Positions 9,779-17,749 of a stretch of DNA of 32,903 nucleotides are shown one piece after another. This DNA is from a virus. The notes under the pieces were generated by a model that saw only the letters and a program-made list of their open reading frames with translations, was not told the DNA's origin and did not search any database. Made by a program: the position numbers and the translations under genes. The DNA is taken from the IMG/VR virus record IMGVR_UViG_3300001346_000002; one strand, given 5' to 3'. Each line of letters begins with the position of its first letter. Position 1 is the stretch's first letter.

Positions 9779-9810
9779 AGGGGTGGGTAAAATACCTTAC
9801 CCCTTTTTTT
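9779..9810 (+). terminator. Rho-independent terminator after the capsid gene
   Basis: GAGGGGTGGGTAAAATACCTTACCCC followed by T7. GGGTAA pairs with TTACCC, or alternatively AGGGGT with ACCCCT. Confidence 0.8.
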
Positions 9811-9836
9811 ATAAACATTAAAAAAAATATAAAATT

Positions 9837-10352
9837 ATGGCATGTGCATTAACACAAGGTAGAGCTATTGACTGCAGAAACTCCACAGGAGGAATCTCAG
9901 AAATTTTAATTGCTAACTTTGGAGATATAACAATAGACACAGTAGCATCAGGAGTAATTACAGCATTAACTCAAGCAGGAGCTACTAACTTTTACCGTTA
10001 CTCTTTAGAAAAGGAAAACGGTTCTTTAATAGAAACTCACACAGGTTCTTTAGAGAATGGAACTAATTTCTACGATTCTGTTTTAGACTTTAACACTAAG
10101 AATTTAACAGCATCAGAAAACGAGGAGTTAACACTTTTAGACCAAGCTCAGTTATTCGTAATTGTAAAAGACATGAACGATAAATACTGGACAGTAGGAG
10201 CTTATCATGCAGCAGATAAATTAAGCGGTACATCAGTTACAGGCGCAGCTATGGGCGACCATAATGGCTACACGTATAGCATAAGCTCTAAGGAAGCAAA
10301 GCGGATGCTAGAAGTTGATATTACAGTAATTGAAGGTTTAACAATAGCATAG
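9837..10352 (+). CDS. Abundant virion protein, 171 aa (tail-tube-like or head-decoration-like, unassigned)
   Basis: It shares the capsid gene's 17-nt A-rich leader and has its own terminator, which implies high expression. Small beta-rich protein. Confidence 0.35.
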   Translation: MACALTQGRAIDCRNSTGGISEILIANFGDITIDTVASGVITALTQAGATNFYRYSLEKENGSLIETHTGSLENGTNFYDSVLDFNTKNLTASENEELTLLDQAQLFVIVKDMNDKYWTVGAYHAADKLSGTSVTGAAMGDHNGYTYSISSKEAKRMLEVDITVIEGLTIA

Positions 10353-10374
10353 TTTTAAACAACTAATTAAGGAG

Positions 10375-10404
10375 AGGGTAGCATTAATTTGTTACCCTTT
10401 TTTT
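10375..10404 (+). terminator. Rho-independent terminator, paralogous to the one at 9779
   Basis: AGGGTAGC-attaattt-GTTACCCT followed by T7. The upstream context TTTAAACAACTAATTAAGGAGAGGGT resembles TTTAACAATTAACTAAGAGAGGGGT at 9760..9783. Confidence 0.75.
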
Positions 10405-10618
10405 ATGCTCAAAAATAAAATACTTACAAAAAAGTTTGGTTTTGTCAATAATTGCTTAGAGCCATTTTAAAGCGTTTTAAGACACTTTCGCCTTTCGCTA
10501 GTATGCTACTATTAAAAAAAATAGTTCGTTAAAAGCCCATTTTTATTGGGCTGTAGAGCTAAAAATAATTAGTTAAAAATTAGGTTTATTAAAATATTTT
10601 TATTAAAGGCATTTATTT

Positions 10619-10648
10619 TATACAACTATTAATTTTTTTTACAATAGA
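10619..10648 (+). promoter_or_regulatory. Conserved 30-nt motif TATACAACTA-N6-TTTTTTACAATAGA, copy A. Candidate late promoter or initiation element, 4 nt before the ATG at 10653.
   Basis: 25 of 30 positions are identical to 32059..32088. The 10-nt and 14-nt blocks are identical and have the same spacing. Confidence 0.5.
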
Positions 10649-10652
10649 TAAT

Positions 10653-10817
10653 ATGGAGTTAAAAGATGAATATAAAAGAGGCGGTTCTGTCTACCATAAA
10701 GTAGTCGGACACGTTACCATAGTAAACGATAAAAATGAGTTTGCTAAATACAAAAAACTAGGACTAGATGTTTTCAAAGTGGAGAAAAAAAAGAAGGAAA
10801 AGAAAGATTCTGAATAA
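10653..10817 (+). CDS. Small hypothetical protein, 54 aa, with a Lys-rich tail
   Basis: Hand-translated MELKDEYKRGGSVYHKVVGHVTIVNDKNEFAKYKKLGLDVFKVEKKKKEKKDSE. It has a TAATG overlap with the next gene and is preceded by the conserved motif. Confidence 0.4.
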   Translation: MELKDEYKRGGSVYHKVVGHVTIVNDKNEFAKYKKLGLDVFKVEKKKKEKKDSE

Positions 10818-11212
10818 TGCCAATTTTGATAAACGAAAATACTACAAGCAATCTAACTTTAACACTAAAGGAAAAGACTACATTATCTACTCCCGTTTAT
10901 TTATTTCAGTTTAGAAATGTAACCGAGAAAGTTAGCTACTATTGTATAATGTCAGACACTAGCTTATACAAAGACAGATACAACGAATTTGTATTTACAG
11001 AAGGAACAGACCTACCATTAGCAGGAGAGCTTATATTAGGAGCAGGCGGTCAATATGAGTATTTTGTTTATGAGCAAACCTCAACAACTAACCTAGACCC
11101 TACCTTAGCAACTGGCTTAGTGGAAAGTGGCTTAATGGACTTAGAACGTGCAAGTACTACCTATAATCAGCACGACATAGATGTAACCTACAAAACACAT
11201 CAAGTAACATGA
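10817..11212 (+). CDS. Hypothetical virion-module protein, 131 aa
   Basis: The ORF is coupled to both neighbours: TAATG upstream and a 4-nt ATGA overlap with the portal gene. Confidence 0.5.
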   Translation: MPILINENTTSNLTLTLKEKTTLSTPVYLFQFRNVTEKVSYYCIMSDTSLYKDRYNEFVFTEGTDLPLAGELILGAGGQYEYFVYEQTSTTNLDPTLATGLVESGLMDLERASTTYNQHDIDVTYKTHQVT

Positions 11213-13128
11213 TGAACAAAGAAAATATTTTAATCTTTAATTTTGAAGCTAATAAGCCTCCAGTATTTAAAGAGGAAAGAGGGAAAGACTATATCGTATA
11301 TGGTACAGAAGCACCTTACAAGAATTTATACCCAGACTATTTAGTAGAGCTTTACAATACCTCAGGAAAACATAATAGTATAGTAAACGGAAAGACTAAT
11401 TACATAAGTGGTCGAGGTTGGAAAGTAGACCAAACAGTTAGAACTTTAGAGGACAAAGTTAAACTAGAAAACTTTATTAATCACGTAGGTAATGACTCTT
11501 TATTTGAACTTACAAAAAAGATTGTAAAAGACAATGAGCTTTTTGGCGGTTATGCTTTAGAAGTAATAGTTACTAAAGATGGCAAAGGTTTAATTATTAA
11601 TCATATTGACTTTGGAGACATAAGAGTCGGAGTTGAGGAGGATACTTATTTCTATACAAGCGACTGGGCAAGTAGAAAACCAACAAGCAACGAGGACTTT
11701 GAAACATTAACATCATTTCCTTTTGATGGTTCTGCAATTAAAGGTGAAAGATACATTTGTTATTACAAGAGTTATAGACCAAATCTCAAAGAGTATCCCT
11801 TGCCAAATTACATAAGCGGGATAAATTACATAAAGAGTGATTATGAAGTATCTAATTATGTATTGAACTCAATATCAAATGGTTACAGTGGCGGTACGAT
11901 TTGGAACTTTCACAATGGGCAACCTACTCAAGAAGCTCAAGCATACATAAAAAAACAGATTAAAAATAAACATCATGGCTCTAATAATGCAGGCGAACCA
12001 GTTATTATTTTCGACGATGGAAAGGACAAAGGAGTAGAGATAATATCTACTAACCCTAACGGACAAGACGACAAGTTTATTAATCTTAACCAACAGATAC
12101 AAGACGAAATTTTTACAGCGCATGGAGTAGATGCTTCTGTATTTATTAAAACAATAGACACAGGCTTTAGCAATAACGCAGACGAGTTAAGAGTAGCTAT
12201 TGAGGCAATGAATAGCAGTTACATTGAGCCTAACCAAATCATGTACGAAAAGTTATTTAATGACTTTGTTGTTTTGTTAGGAATGCCTAGCGGTTTAAAG
12301 ATTGAAAAGATTGCACCAATATCTACACCACTTAGCGAAAATGCTTTGACTGCTGTAATGACTACAGCTGAAATAAGAGAAATGGCAGGACTACCTCCAT
12401 TAAAAGCAGAGGAGCAATCAGGAGGAGCAGCAGACGCACTAGCTACATTATCTCCATTGGTTGCTACTAAGGTACTAGATAATATGACTGCTGAGGAGAT
12501 AAGAGGCTTAGTAGGTTTGAAAGGCTCGCCAACTATAACTAGAACAGAATCTAAGTTTAGCGAGGATGAGGAGTTTAAATTTGATTTGTCAGAGTTTGGA
12601 TATGCAGAAGATGAGCTAGAAGTAATAAGCGAAAAGGAGTTAGACTATAACCCTTTCGATTTTGCAGACATAGGAAGTATAGACAGCCAAATAATAGACA
12701 TCGTTAAAGCTACTCCTAAAGTAACAGTAGAGGAGATAGGGCAGCAAGTAGGGGAAACACCTAGCGAAGTACAAGAAAGGATAGATAGACTAGTTAAGAA
12801 CGGTTTATTAGACTTGACGAAAACAAAGATAAAAGTAACAGACGAAGGGGAGCGAGAAACATCTGAGTTAATTACAGTTTACAAATACAAGTTAAGACAC
12901 GACGCACCATCTTTAAGAGGTGGCAGAAGTAGAGATTTTTGTAGAAAGCTAATGAAAGAGAATAGAAGCTATGAGCTTAAAGATATTTTAGCAATGAATA
13001 ATAAACAAGGCTCTAATGTATTCGCTCATCGTGGAGGTTGGTATAATAACCCAGTAACAAAAACTAGAACCAATTACTGTAGACACGTATGGTCTGCACG
13101 TACGGTAAGACTTAAGAAAGATGCTTAG
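11209..13128 (+). CDS. Portal protein with an unusual C-terminal extension (winged-helix-like segment plus a basic Cys/His tail)
   Basis: The first ~400 aa have the HK97-type portal pattern (..HHGSNNAGEPVIIFDDG..VEIISTNPNGQDDKFINLNQQIQDEIFTAHGVDASVF..). The C-terminus contains IVKATPKVTVEEIGQQVGETPSEVQERIDRLVKNGLL and ..DFCRKL..YCRHVW. Confidence 0.7.
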   Translation: MMNKENILIFNFEANKPPVFKEERGKDYIVYGTEAPYKNLYPDYLVELYNTSGKHNSIVNGKTNYISGRGWKVDQTVRTLEDKVKLENFINHVGNDSLFELTKKIVKDNELFGGYALEVIVTKDGKGLIINHIDFGDIRVGVEEDTYFYTSDWASRKPTSNEDFETLTSFPFDGSAIKGERYICYYKSYRPNLKEYPLPNYISGINYIKSDYEVSNYVLNSISNGYSGGTIWNFHNGQPTQEAQAYIKKQIKNKHHGSNNAGEPVIIFDDGKDKGVEIISTNPNGQDDKFINLNQQIQDEIFTAHGVDASVFIKTIDTGFSNNADELRVAIEAMNSSYIEPNQIMYEKLFNDFVVLLGMPSGLKIEKIAPISTPLSENALTAVMTTAEIREMAGLPPLKAEEQSGGAADALATLSPLVATKVLDNMTAEEIRGLVGLKGSPTITRTESKFSEDEEFKFDLSEFGYAEDELEVISEKELDYNPFDFADIGSIDSQIIDIVKATPKVTVEEIGQQVGETPSEVQERIDRLVKNGLLDLTKTKIKVTDEGERETSELITVYKYKLRHDAPSLRGGRSRDFCRKLMKENRSYELKDILAMNNKQGSNVFAHRGGWYNNPVTKTRTNYCRHVWSARTVRLKKDA

Positions 13129-13276
13129 TAGTTACCAAAGGTTAAAATTTAAAAAGGACTTAGCGGTTAAAGTAGCTGACGAATTAAAAGAAGATATAGA
13201 ATTTATTATAATGCGACCACACAGTAAAAGAGCAAAAGCAATAAGAAGGGAAGTAAAAGAGAAAAACAATGGCTAG
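13121..13276 (+). CDS. Small basic hypothetical protein, 51 aa
   Basis: Hand-translated MLSSYQRLKFKKDLAVKVADELKEDIEFIIMRPHSKRAKAIRREVKEKNNG. It overlaps the portal stop and the next ATG by 8 nt each and bridges an otherwise empty 140-nt gap. Confidence 0.3.
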   Translation: MLSSYQRLKFKKDLAVKVADELKEDIEFIIMRPHSKRAKAIRREVKEKNNG

Positions 13277-13823
13277 AACTTTATTAATAGACATGGACTA
13301 CATAAAGTCTAATAGTATCCTAGATGACAATGTAGACGAAAGGCTCATGGTGGATGCGCTCTGGACTGCTCAAAGAGAATACATTAAACCGATTCTAGGT
13401 ACTGATTTATTCGACGACATTGTAACTAAAGCAGCAGCAGGAACACTAGCAGGAAATGACTTAATATTAGTTAATACTTATATAGCACCTTGCTTATTAA
13501 AATACTTAGTATTTGAGATGACACCAATACTAGCATACAAGTACAGAAACAAGGGAGTAGTACAGCAGACCTCAGAGAATAGCCAAGCTACCTCTTTCGA
13601 TGACCTTAACCATTTATTGAATAGATGGAGAGATAAAGCGGAGATGTTTGCAGAGGACATAGTACGTTATCTTATTGCTAACCATACATTATTTCCTTTA
13701 TATACAAGTAACTCAGATAGCGATGACATATTTCCTAGTAACTCTGCTTTTACTGGTGGGTTGTTTTTAGGTAATGAAAAGAGCAGAGGAGGATTTGATT
13801 ATTTAAGAGACTGCTGCGATTAA
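13269..13823 (+). CDS. Head-tail connector/adaptor-like protein, 184 aa
   Basis: It lies downstream of the portal. The helical N-terminal pattern (..DERLMVDALWTAQREYIKPILGTDLFDDI..) resembles gp6-type head-tail connector families as I remember them. Confidence 0.35.
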   Translation: MARTLLIDMDYIKSNSILDDNVDERLMVDALWTAQREYIKPILGTDLFDDIVTKAAAGTLAGNDLILVNTYIAPCLLKYLVFEMTPILAYKYRNKGVVQQTSENSQATSFDDLNHLLNRWRDKAEMFAEDIVRYLIANHTLFPLYTSNSDSDDIFPSNSAFTGGLFLGNEKSRGGFDYLRDCCD

Positions 13824-13889
13824 GATATATGGCAAAGAATAAAGTAAAAAAGTTTAGTATAGTTGATAAGAAGCTAAGAAAGTTTAGAA

Positions 13890-14342
13890 ATGAAAATAAC
13901 CTACAACCAAATAATAAAACAATTCGAGGACTTCGCAACAGCTCACAGACAGATAAATGAATTCAAATCAGGAGACCTCTGGGAAATTGTCCAGAAAGAG
14001 TCTTTAGCAGAATTAAATTATCCAATGTTGTTTTTACAAGATAGTCCTGCAAGTATTGGAGATGGCTTTATTACAAACGGTTTTAACATACTAGTAATGG
14101 ACAAAGCTAACGAGGGAACGGTAGAAACAGAAGTTAAAAGCGATACACTATTAATCTTATTAGATACTATTGCATATTTTGAAAAGCTATATACAGATAA
14201 CTGGAAGTTTGTAAAGATAGAAAAGACTGGAAGTATAAGCAGTTTTACAGAACGATTCGACGATACCTTAACAGGTTGGACTATGAGTATGCAACTTAAA
14301 CAACCTTTAGAATATAACGAGTGCCAAATACCACAAAATTAA
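13890..14342 (+). CDS. Hypothetical virion-module protein, 150 aa
   Basis: ORF in the structural block, preceded by the promoter-like sequence AAAAGTTTAGTATAGTTG at 13848..13865. Confidence 0.5.
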   Translation: MKITYNQIIKQFEDFATAHRQINEFKSGDLWEIVQKESLAELNYPMLFLQDSPASIGDGFITNGFNILVMDKANEGTVETEVKSDTLLILLDTIAYFEKLYTDNWKFVKIEKTGSISSFTERFDDTLTGWTMSMQLKQPLEYNECQIPQN

Positions 14343-14354
14343 TAAATAAATAAA

Positions 14355-14627
14355 ATGACAAACTCAGGAGAACTAATCGCTATAAATGGCGTAGTAATTA
14401 TTAACGACACAGCAGAGAAAGTATTAAATGCAGACAGTTACTATATTTCAGAAGATACAGTAATATCAAGCATCAAAGTAAACGGAGCAGCTACAAATGT
14501 ACTAGCTGACTATTTTACTACACCTGCTACAGGAGTAAAGAATGGAGTATTAATAACACCACAGAAAGGCGATTACTTTAGCGCTATAACTTTAACTAGT
14601 GGCTCAGTAGTAGCTATCTTAAAGTAG
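14355..14627 (+). CDS. Hypothetical virion-module protein, 90 aa
   Basis: ORF closely packed between structural genes. Confidence 0.5.
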   Translation: MTNSGELIAINGVVIINDTAEKVLNADSYYISEDTVISSIKVNGAATNVLADYFTTPATGVKNGVLITPQKGDYFSAITLTSGSVVAILK

Positions 14628-14631
14628 TCGT

Positions 14632-16083
14632 ATGTACGGATACGGATATAGATATAACAGCGGTCTAGTATTAGGCGCAGGAGGAGGCGCACCTTTCGCT
14701 AATACTAAGAGCCTACTTTTTGATGGGATTGATGATTACATAGAGCTTGGTAGCATATCACATTTACAAAATGCAACAGAGTACTCTATTTCTAGTTGGT
14801 TCAAAACACCTTTCAACAATTTATATCAAGTGATATACTCTTGGGATGATGGAGCTGATGGTTACTTACAGTTGTTGTTAATTTCAGACGGTTCATTTAT
14901 TGTTTATAATAATAGAACCTCTACTGCTTATGGGTTAAGTGCTACTGGTCTTGTTTCTGCTGACACTTGGTACAATGCACTTGTGGTTTTTGATGGTAGC
15001 GGTGCAACTAATGCAGACAGATTAAAATTGTATATTAACGGTAATCCAATTAGTTTAACTTTTACGGGAACTGTTCCAACTCAAACGGGTACAATGCTTA
15101 TTCAAACAATGTGGTTAGGTGCAAGTACTGGTTTTAATTTTTGGGGGTTAGAAGGCAACATAGATGAAGTAAGTATTTTTGATAGGGTAGTAACTCCATC
15201 AGAAATAGTAACACTATCAACTGCACCAACTGAAAATCTTACAAGTCTTAATCCAATAGCTTGGTATAGAAACGGAGATAACGGTTCTTACAAGTCTCCA
15301 CAATGGCTTATACCTAATAATGAGAACAAAGACAAAGTTTCAAATTATAGTTTTGAGTTTGATGGGATGGATGATTATGTTGATTGCGGAAATAGTGCGG
15401 CATTAAAACCAAACATTATAACGGTGAGTTGTTGGATAAAAGGCTCTGCTAACTCTGCTTTCACTAGGATAATAAGTCAAGACGGACCAACGGGAGGAGC
15501 TGATGCATACGGTTTTTACGTAACTACTGCAACAAATAAAATAGTATTCGCAATAAAAACAAACACAACCGGAACAGTTACAAGTGCAACGAGTGGGGTG
15601 GTGTTAGATAATAACTGGCATCATTTAGTAGGTACTTATGATGGTAGTGAAGTTATCTTGTACGTTGACGGGATTGCGGTTGGTAGTCCTTCGGCTGGCA
15701 CATCTGTTTTAAGTTATGGGAGTGGCACTTTAACTATCGGATGTTTTTCAGAACCAACATCATTGCCGAGTTATTTATTCAATGGAAATATTGACGAAGT
15801 AGCAATTTTTGATTCTGTTATTCCTATTGGTGATTTATGGGATGGTAGCGGTCAACCAACAGACCTAAGCCTTTTACCAACTCCTCCAGTAGCTTGGTAT
15901 AAAATGGGCGAAGAAGCTACTTTTAGCGGAGGAGTTTGGACAGTACCAGATGCAGTAGGAACTAACGATGGTACATCTAATGCAATGACAATAGAAGATA
16001 GAGTAGGAACTGCACCAAGTTCAGAGAACAATGCGGTAAGTATTAATATGGACGAAGTAGATAGAGTAACAGACACACCTTAA
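14632..16083 (+). CDS. Structural protein with two LamG / concanavalin-A-like lectin domains
   Basis: There are two internal repeats of the LamG_3 pattern. The first is LLFDGIDDYIELG..WYNALVVFDG..LKLYINGN..GNIDEVSIFDRVVTPSEI. The second is FEFDGMDDYVDCG..WHHLVGTYDGSEVILYVDGIAVG..GNIDEVAIFDSVI. Confidence 0.6.
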   Translation: MYGYGYRYNSGLVLGAGGGAPFANTKSLLFDGIDDYIELGSISHLQNATEYSISSWFKTPFNNLYQVIYSWDDGADGYLQLLLISDGSFIVYNNRTSTAYGLSATGLVSADTWYNALVVFDGSGATNADRLKLYINGNPISLTFTGTVPTQTGTMLIQTMWLGASTGFNFWGLEGNIDEVSIFDRVVTPSEIVTLSTAPTENLTSLNPIAWYRNGDNGSYKSPQWLIPNNENKDKVSNYSFEFDGMDDYVDCGNSAALKPNIITVSCWIKGSANSAFTRIISQDGPTGGADAYGFYVTTATNKIVFAIKTNTTGTVTSATSGVVLDNNWHHLVGTYDGSEVILYVDGIAVGSPSAGTSVLSYGSGTLTIGCFSEPTSLPSYLFNGNIDEVAIFDSVIPIGDLWDGSGQPTDLSLLPTPPVAWYKMGEEATFSGGVWTVPDAVGTNDGTSNAMTIEDRVGTAPSSENNAVSINMDEVDRVTDTP

Positions 16084-16093
16084 AAATATAAAA

Positions 16094-16348
16094 ATGCACA
16101 ACAATAAAACATACGCTGTAATTAACTTAATAGATATTTCACTAATTGATTTTACACAAGTAGCGCAAAGTTCAGCATCTACTATTAGAAAGTCATTAGA
16201 TGACACGCAGTTTGTCATTAAATGGGAAGATGGATATACACCAACTTTTATAACTGATGGTTCGGTTGTTCCAATAGGAACATACGACCATCACGCAATT
16301 TTGGAATTAATGGCTACAGACAAATGGAGTGAACCAATAGAAATTTAA
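16094..16348 (+). CDS. Hypothetical protein, 84 aa
   Basis: ORF between the LamG protein and the lysis cassette. Confidence 0.5.
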   Translation: MHNNKTYAVINLIDISLIDFTQVAQSSASTIRKSLDDTQFVIKWEDGYTPTFITDGSVVPIGTYDHHAILELMATDKWSEPIEI

Positions 16349-16360
16349 ACAAGGCAGAGA

Positions 16361-16681
16361 ATGGAGGGAATGGAGGCGACTTTTATTTTAAAAGATGTTA
16401 TATACATTGTAGTTGGTGTAGGAAGTGCTTTAGGCTTTTACTGGAAGATGGTAATGTCAGACAGAAGCCAAGAGGATAAAATAAGACAGATGCAAAAAGA
16501 TATACAAAAAAACGAATCTATAATGTTTAAAAAGTTCTCAGGTATGCATACCCGAATGGAGAAAAGCGAGGAGAAAAACAAAACAGAGCTAGACACTATT
16601 AACAAAGAACTAAGCGAAGTTAAAATAGGTATCTCTACTATTAACGGAAAGTTAGACATTTTAATAAAAAACAATGTATAG
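16361..16681 (+). CDS. Membrane protein with one N-terminal TM helix plus a coiled coil; holin or lysis-regulator candidate
   Basis: TM segment VIYIVVGVGSALGFYW followed by a charged helical tail. It overlaps the endolysin start by 8 nt. Confidence 0.4.
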   Translation: MEGMEATFILKDVIYIVVGVGSALGFYWKMVMSDRSQEDKIRQMQKDIQKNESIMFKKFSGMHTRMEKSEEKNKTELDTINKELSEVKIGISTINGKLDILIKNNV

Positions 16682-17108
16682 ATTTAGCAATAGAAGTTTA
16701 GACAGGTTAGAATATGTTTCGCCTATTCTAATAAAGATATTAGAGGAGGGAATTAAGCACTCGCCTTATGATTTTGGTATACCTCGAGATGGAGGATTCA
16801 GAACCTTTCGCAGACAAGAGGAGCTTTATGCTAGAGGTCGTACAACTGAGCAACTAATCGAAAAGGGTATTGTAGGTATAGAGGGTAGACCTGACAAAAG
16901 CCGAATAACTTGGACTCTTAAAAGTATGCACATGACTGGCAACGCATTCGACATCTACGCTTATGTAGATAAACAAGCATCGTGGGATATGAAATACCTA
17001 GAGCCTATCGCTAGACATTTAATAAAAACAGCTTCCGACTATGGCATTATCCTTAACTGGGGTTATGACCTTTGGAAGAAAGACGGAGCGCATTTTCAAA
17101 TAGACTAA
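16674..17108 (+). CDS. Endolysin, peptidase M15 (L-alanyl-D-glutamate / VanY-like metallopeptidase)
   Basis: GGFRTFRRQEELYARGRT .. SMHMTGNAFDI .. WGYDLWKKDGAHFQ matches the Zn-ligand pattern H-x6-D ... H of M15 cell-wall peptidases. Confidence 0.8.
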   Translation: MYRFSNRSLDRLEYVSPILIKILEEGIKHSPYDFGIPRDGGFRTFRRQEELYARGRTTEQLIEKGIVGIEGRPDKSRITWTLKSMHMTGNAFDIYAYVDKQASWDMKYLEPIARHLIKTASDYGIILNWGYDLWKKDGAHFQID

Positions 17109-17117
17109 AACAAAATT

Positions 17118-17297
17118 ATGAAACGATTATTCAAAGATGGAATAGTAACAACTTTAATGGGTTTAACTATTCTAAGTATAGCAGTATCTCTATACATAAG
17201 TAAAAGCCATACAGAAACAGAAGCAGGAGCTGTAGCTGCTTTAGGAGTATTACTACTTAGAGCTAAAGATAGTTTAATAGGTCTTACTAAAAAGTGA
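17118..17297 (+). CDS. Small two-TM membrane protein, 59 aa; holin/antiholin candidate
   Basis: Hand-translated MKRLFKDGIVTTLMGLTILSIAVSLYISKSHTETEAGAVAALGVLLLRAKDSLIGLTKK. It has a GTGA overlap with the next gene. Confidence 0.45.
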   Translation: MKRLFKDGIVTTLMGLTILSIAVSLYISKSHTETEAGAVAALGVLLLRAKDSLIGLTKK

Positions 17298-17719
17298 AAG
17301 GCTTACTCCTTATACTTATATTTTTAACTTCCTGCAACCCTCAGAACAGACTTAATAGAAAAGTAAAGAGAGCAGAGAACTACGCCTATAAACATGGGCT
17401 AGTTATTAAAGACACTATAAAGGTAGTAGACACCGTAATAGTAGAGAACTACATACACGACACTACAAGCACGATAATAAGACACGATAGCACTATTGTA
17501 GTAAACAACGAGAAAGTCTTTCTAAGGTACTTTTATGACACTCTAAGACAAGAAATTTACCACGAGGTAGAATGTAAAGGAGACACTATAATTAGAGAGG
17601 TATTAGTTCCAGTAGATAAGATTAAAGTAATTGAAAAGGATAACCGATTCAACATTATTCTAATTGTACTACTAGCTGCTTTGTTCTTTGTGATTCTTAG
17701 AAGAAATTATGTAGCTTAA
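17294..17719 (+). CDS. Unimolecular spanin candidate: N-terminal lipoprotein signal plus C-terminal TM anchor. GTG start.
   Basis: MKGLLLILIFLTSC has a lipobox (LTSC). The C-terminal helix is FNIILIVLLAALFFVILRR. It is the last gene of the lysis cassette. This architecture matches T1 gp11-type u-spanins. Confidence 0.55.
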   Translation: MKGLLLILIFLTSCNPQNRLNRKVKRAENYAYKHGLVIKDTIKVVDTVIVENYIHDTTSTIIRHDSTIVVNNEKVFLRYFYDTLRQEIYHEVECKGDTIIREVLVPVDKIKVIEKDNRFNIILIVLLAALFFVILRRNYVA

Positions 17720-17734
17720 AATTTAGTATATTTA
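17717..17734 (+). promoter_or_regulatory. Early promoter candidate (TAAAATTTAGTATATTTA) with a TAnnTTTR -7 box
   Basis: The 17-mer TAAAATTTAGTATATTT is identical to 21698..21714. It lies 15 nt before the ATG at 17750, at the lysis/early boundary. Confidence 0.5.
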
Positions 17735-17749
17735 CGCAAATTTAAAACT

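Noticed and set aside
13829-13960. 43-codon ORF (MAKNKVKKFSIVDKKLRKF..) in the gap before 13890
   Set aside because: It runs 70 nt into the next gene in another frame and covers the promoter-like box. This is possible but weaker than the other micro-ORFs, so I did not list it as a feature.
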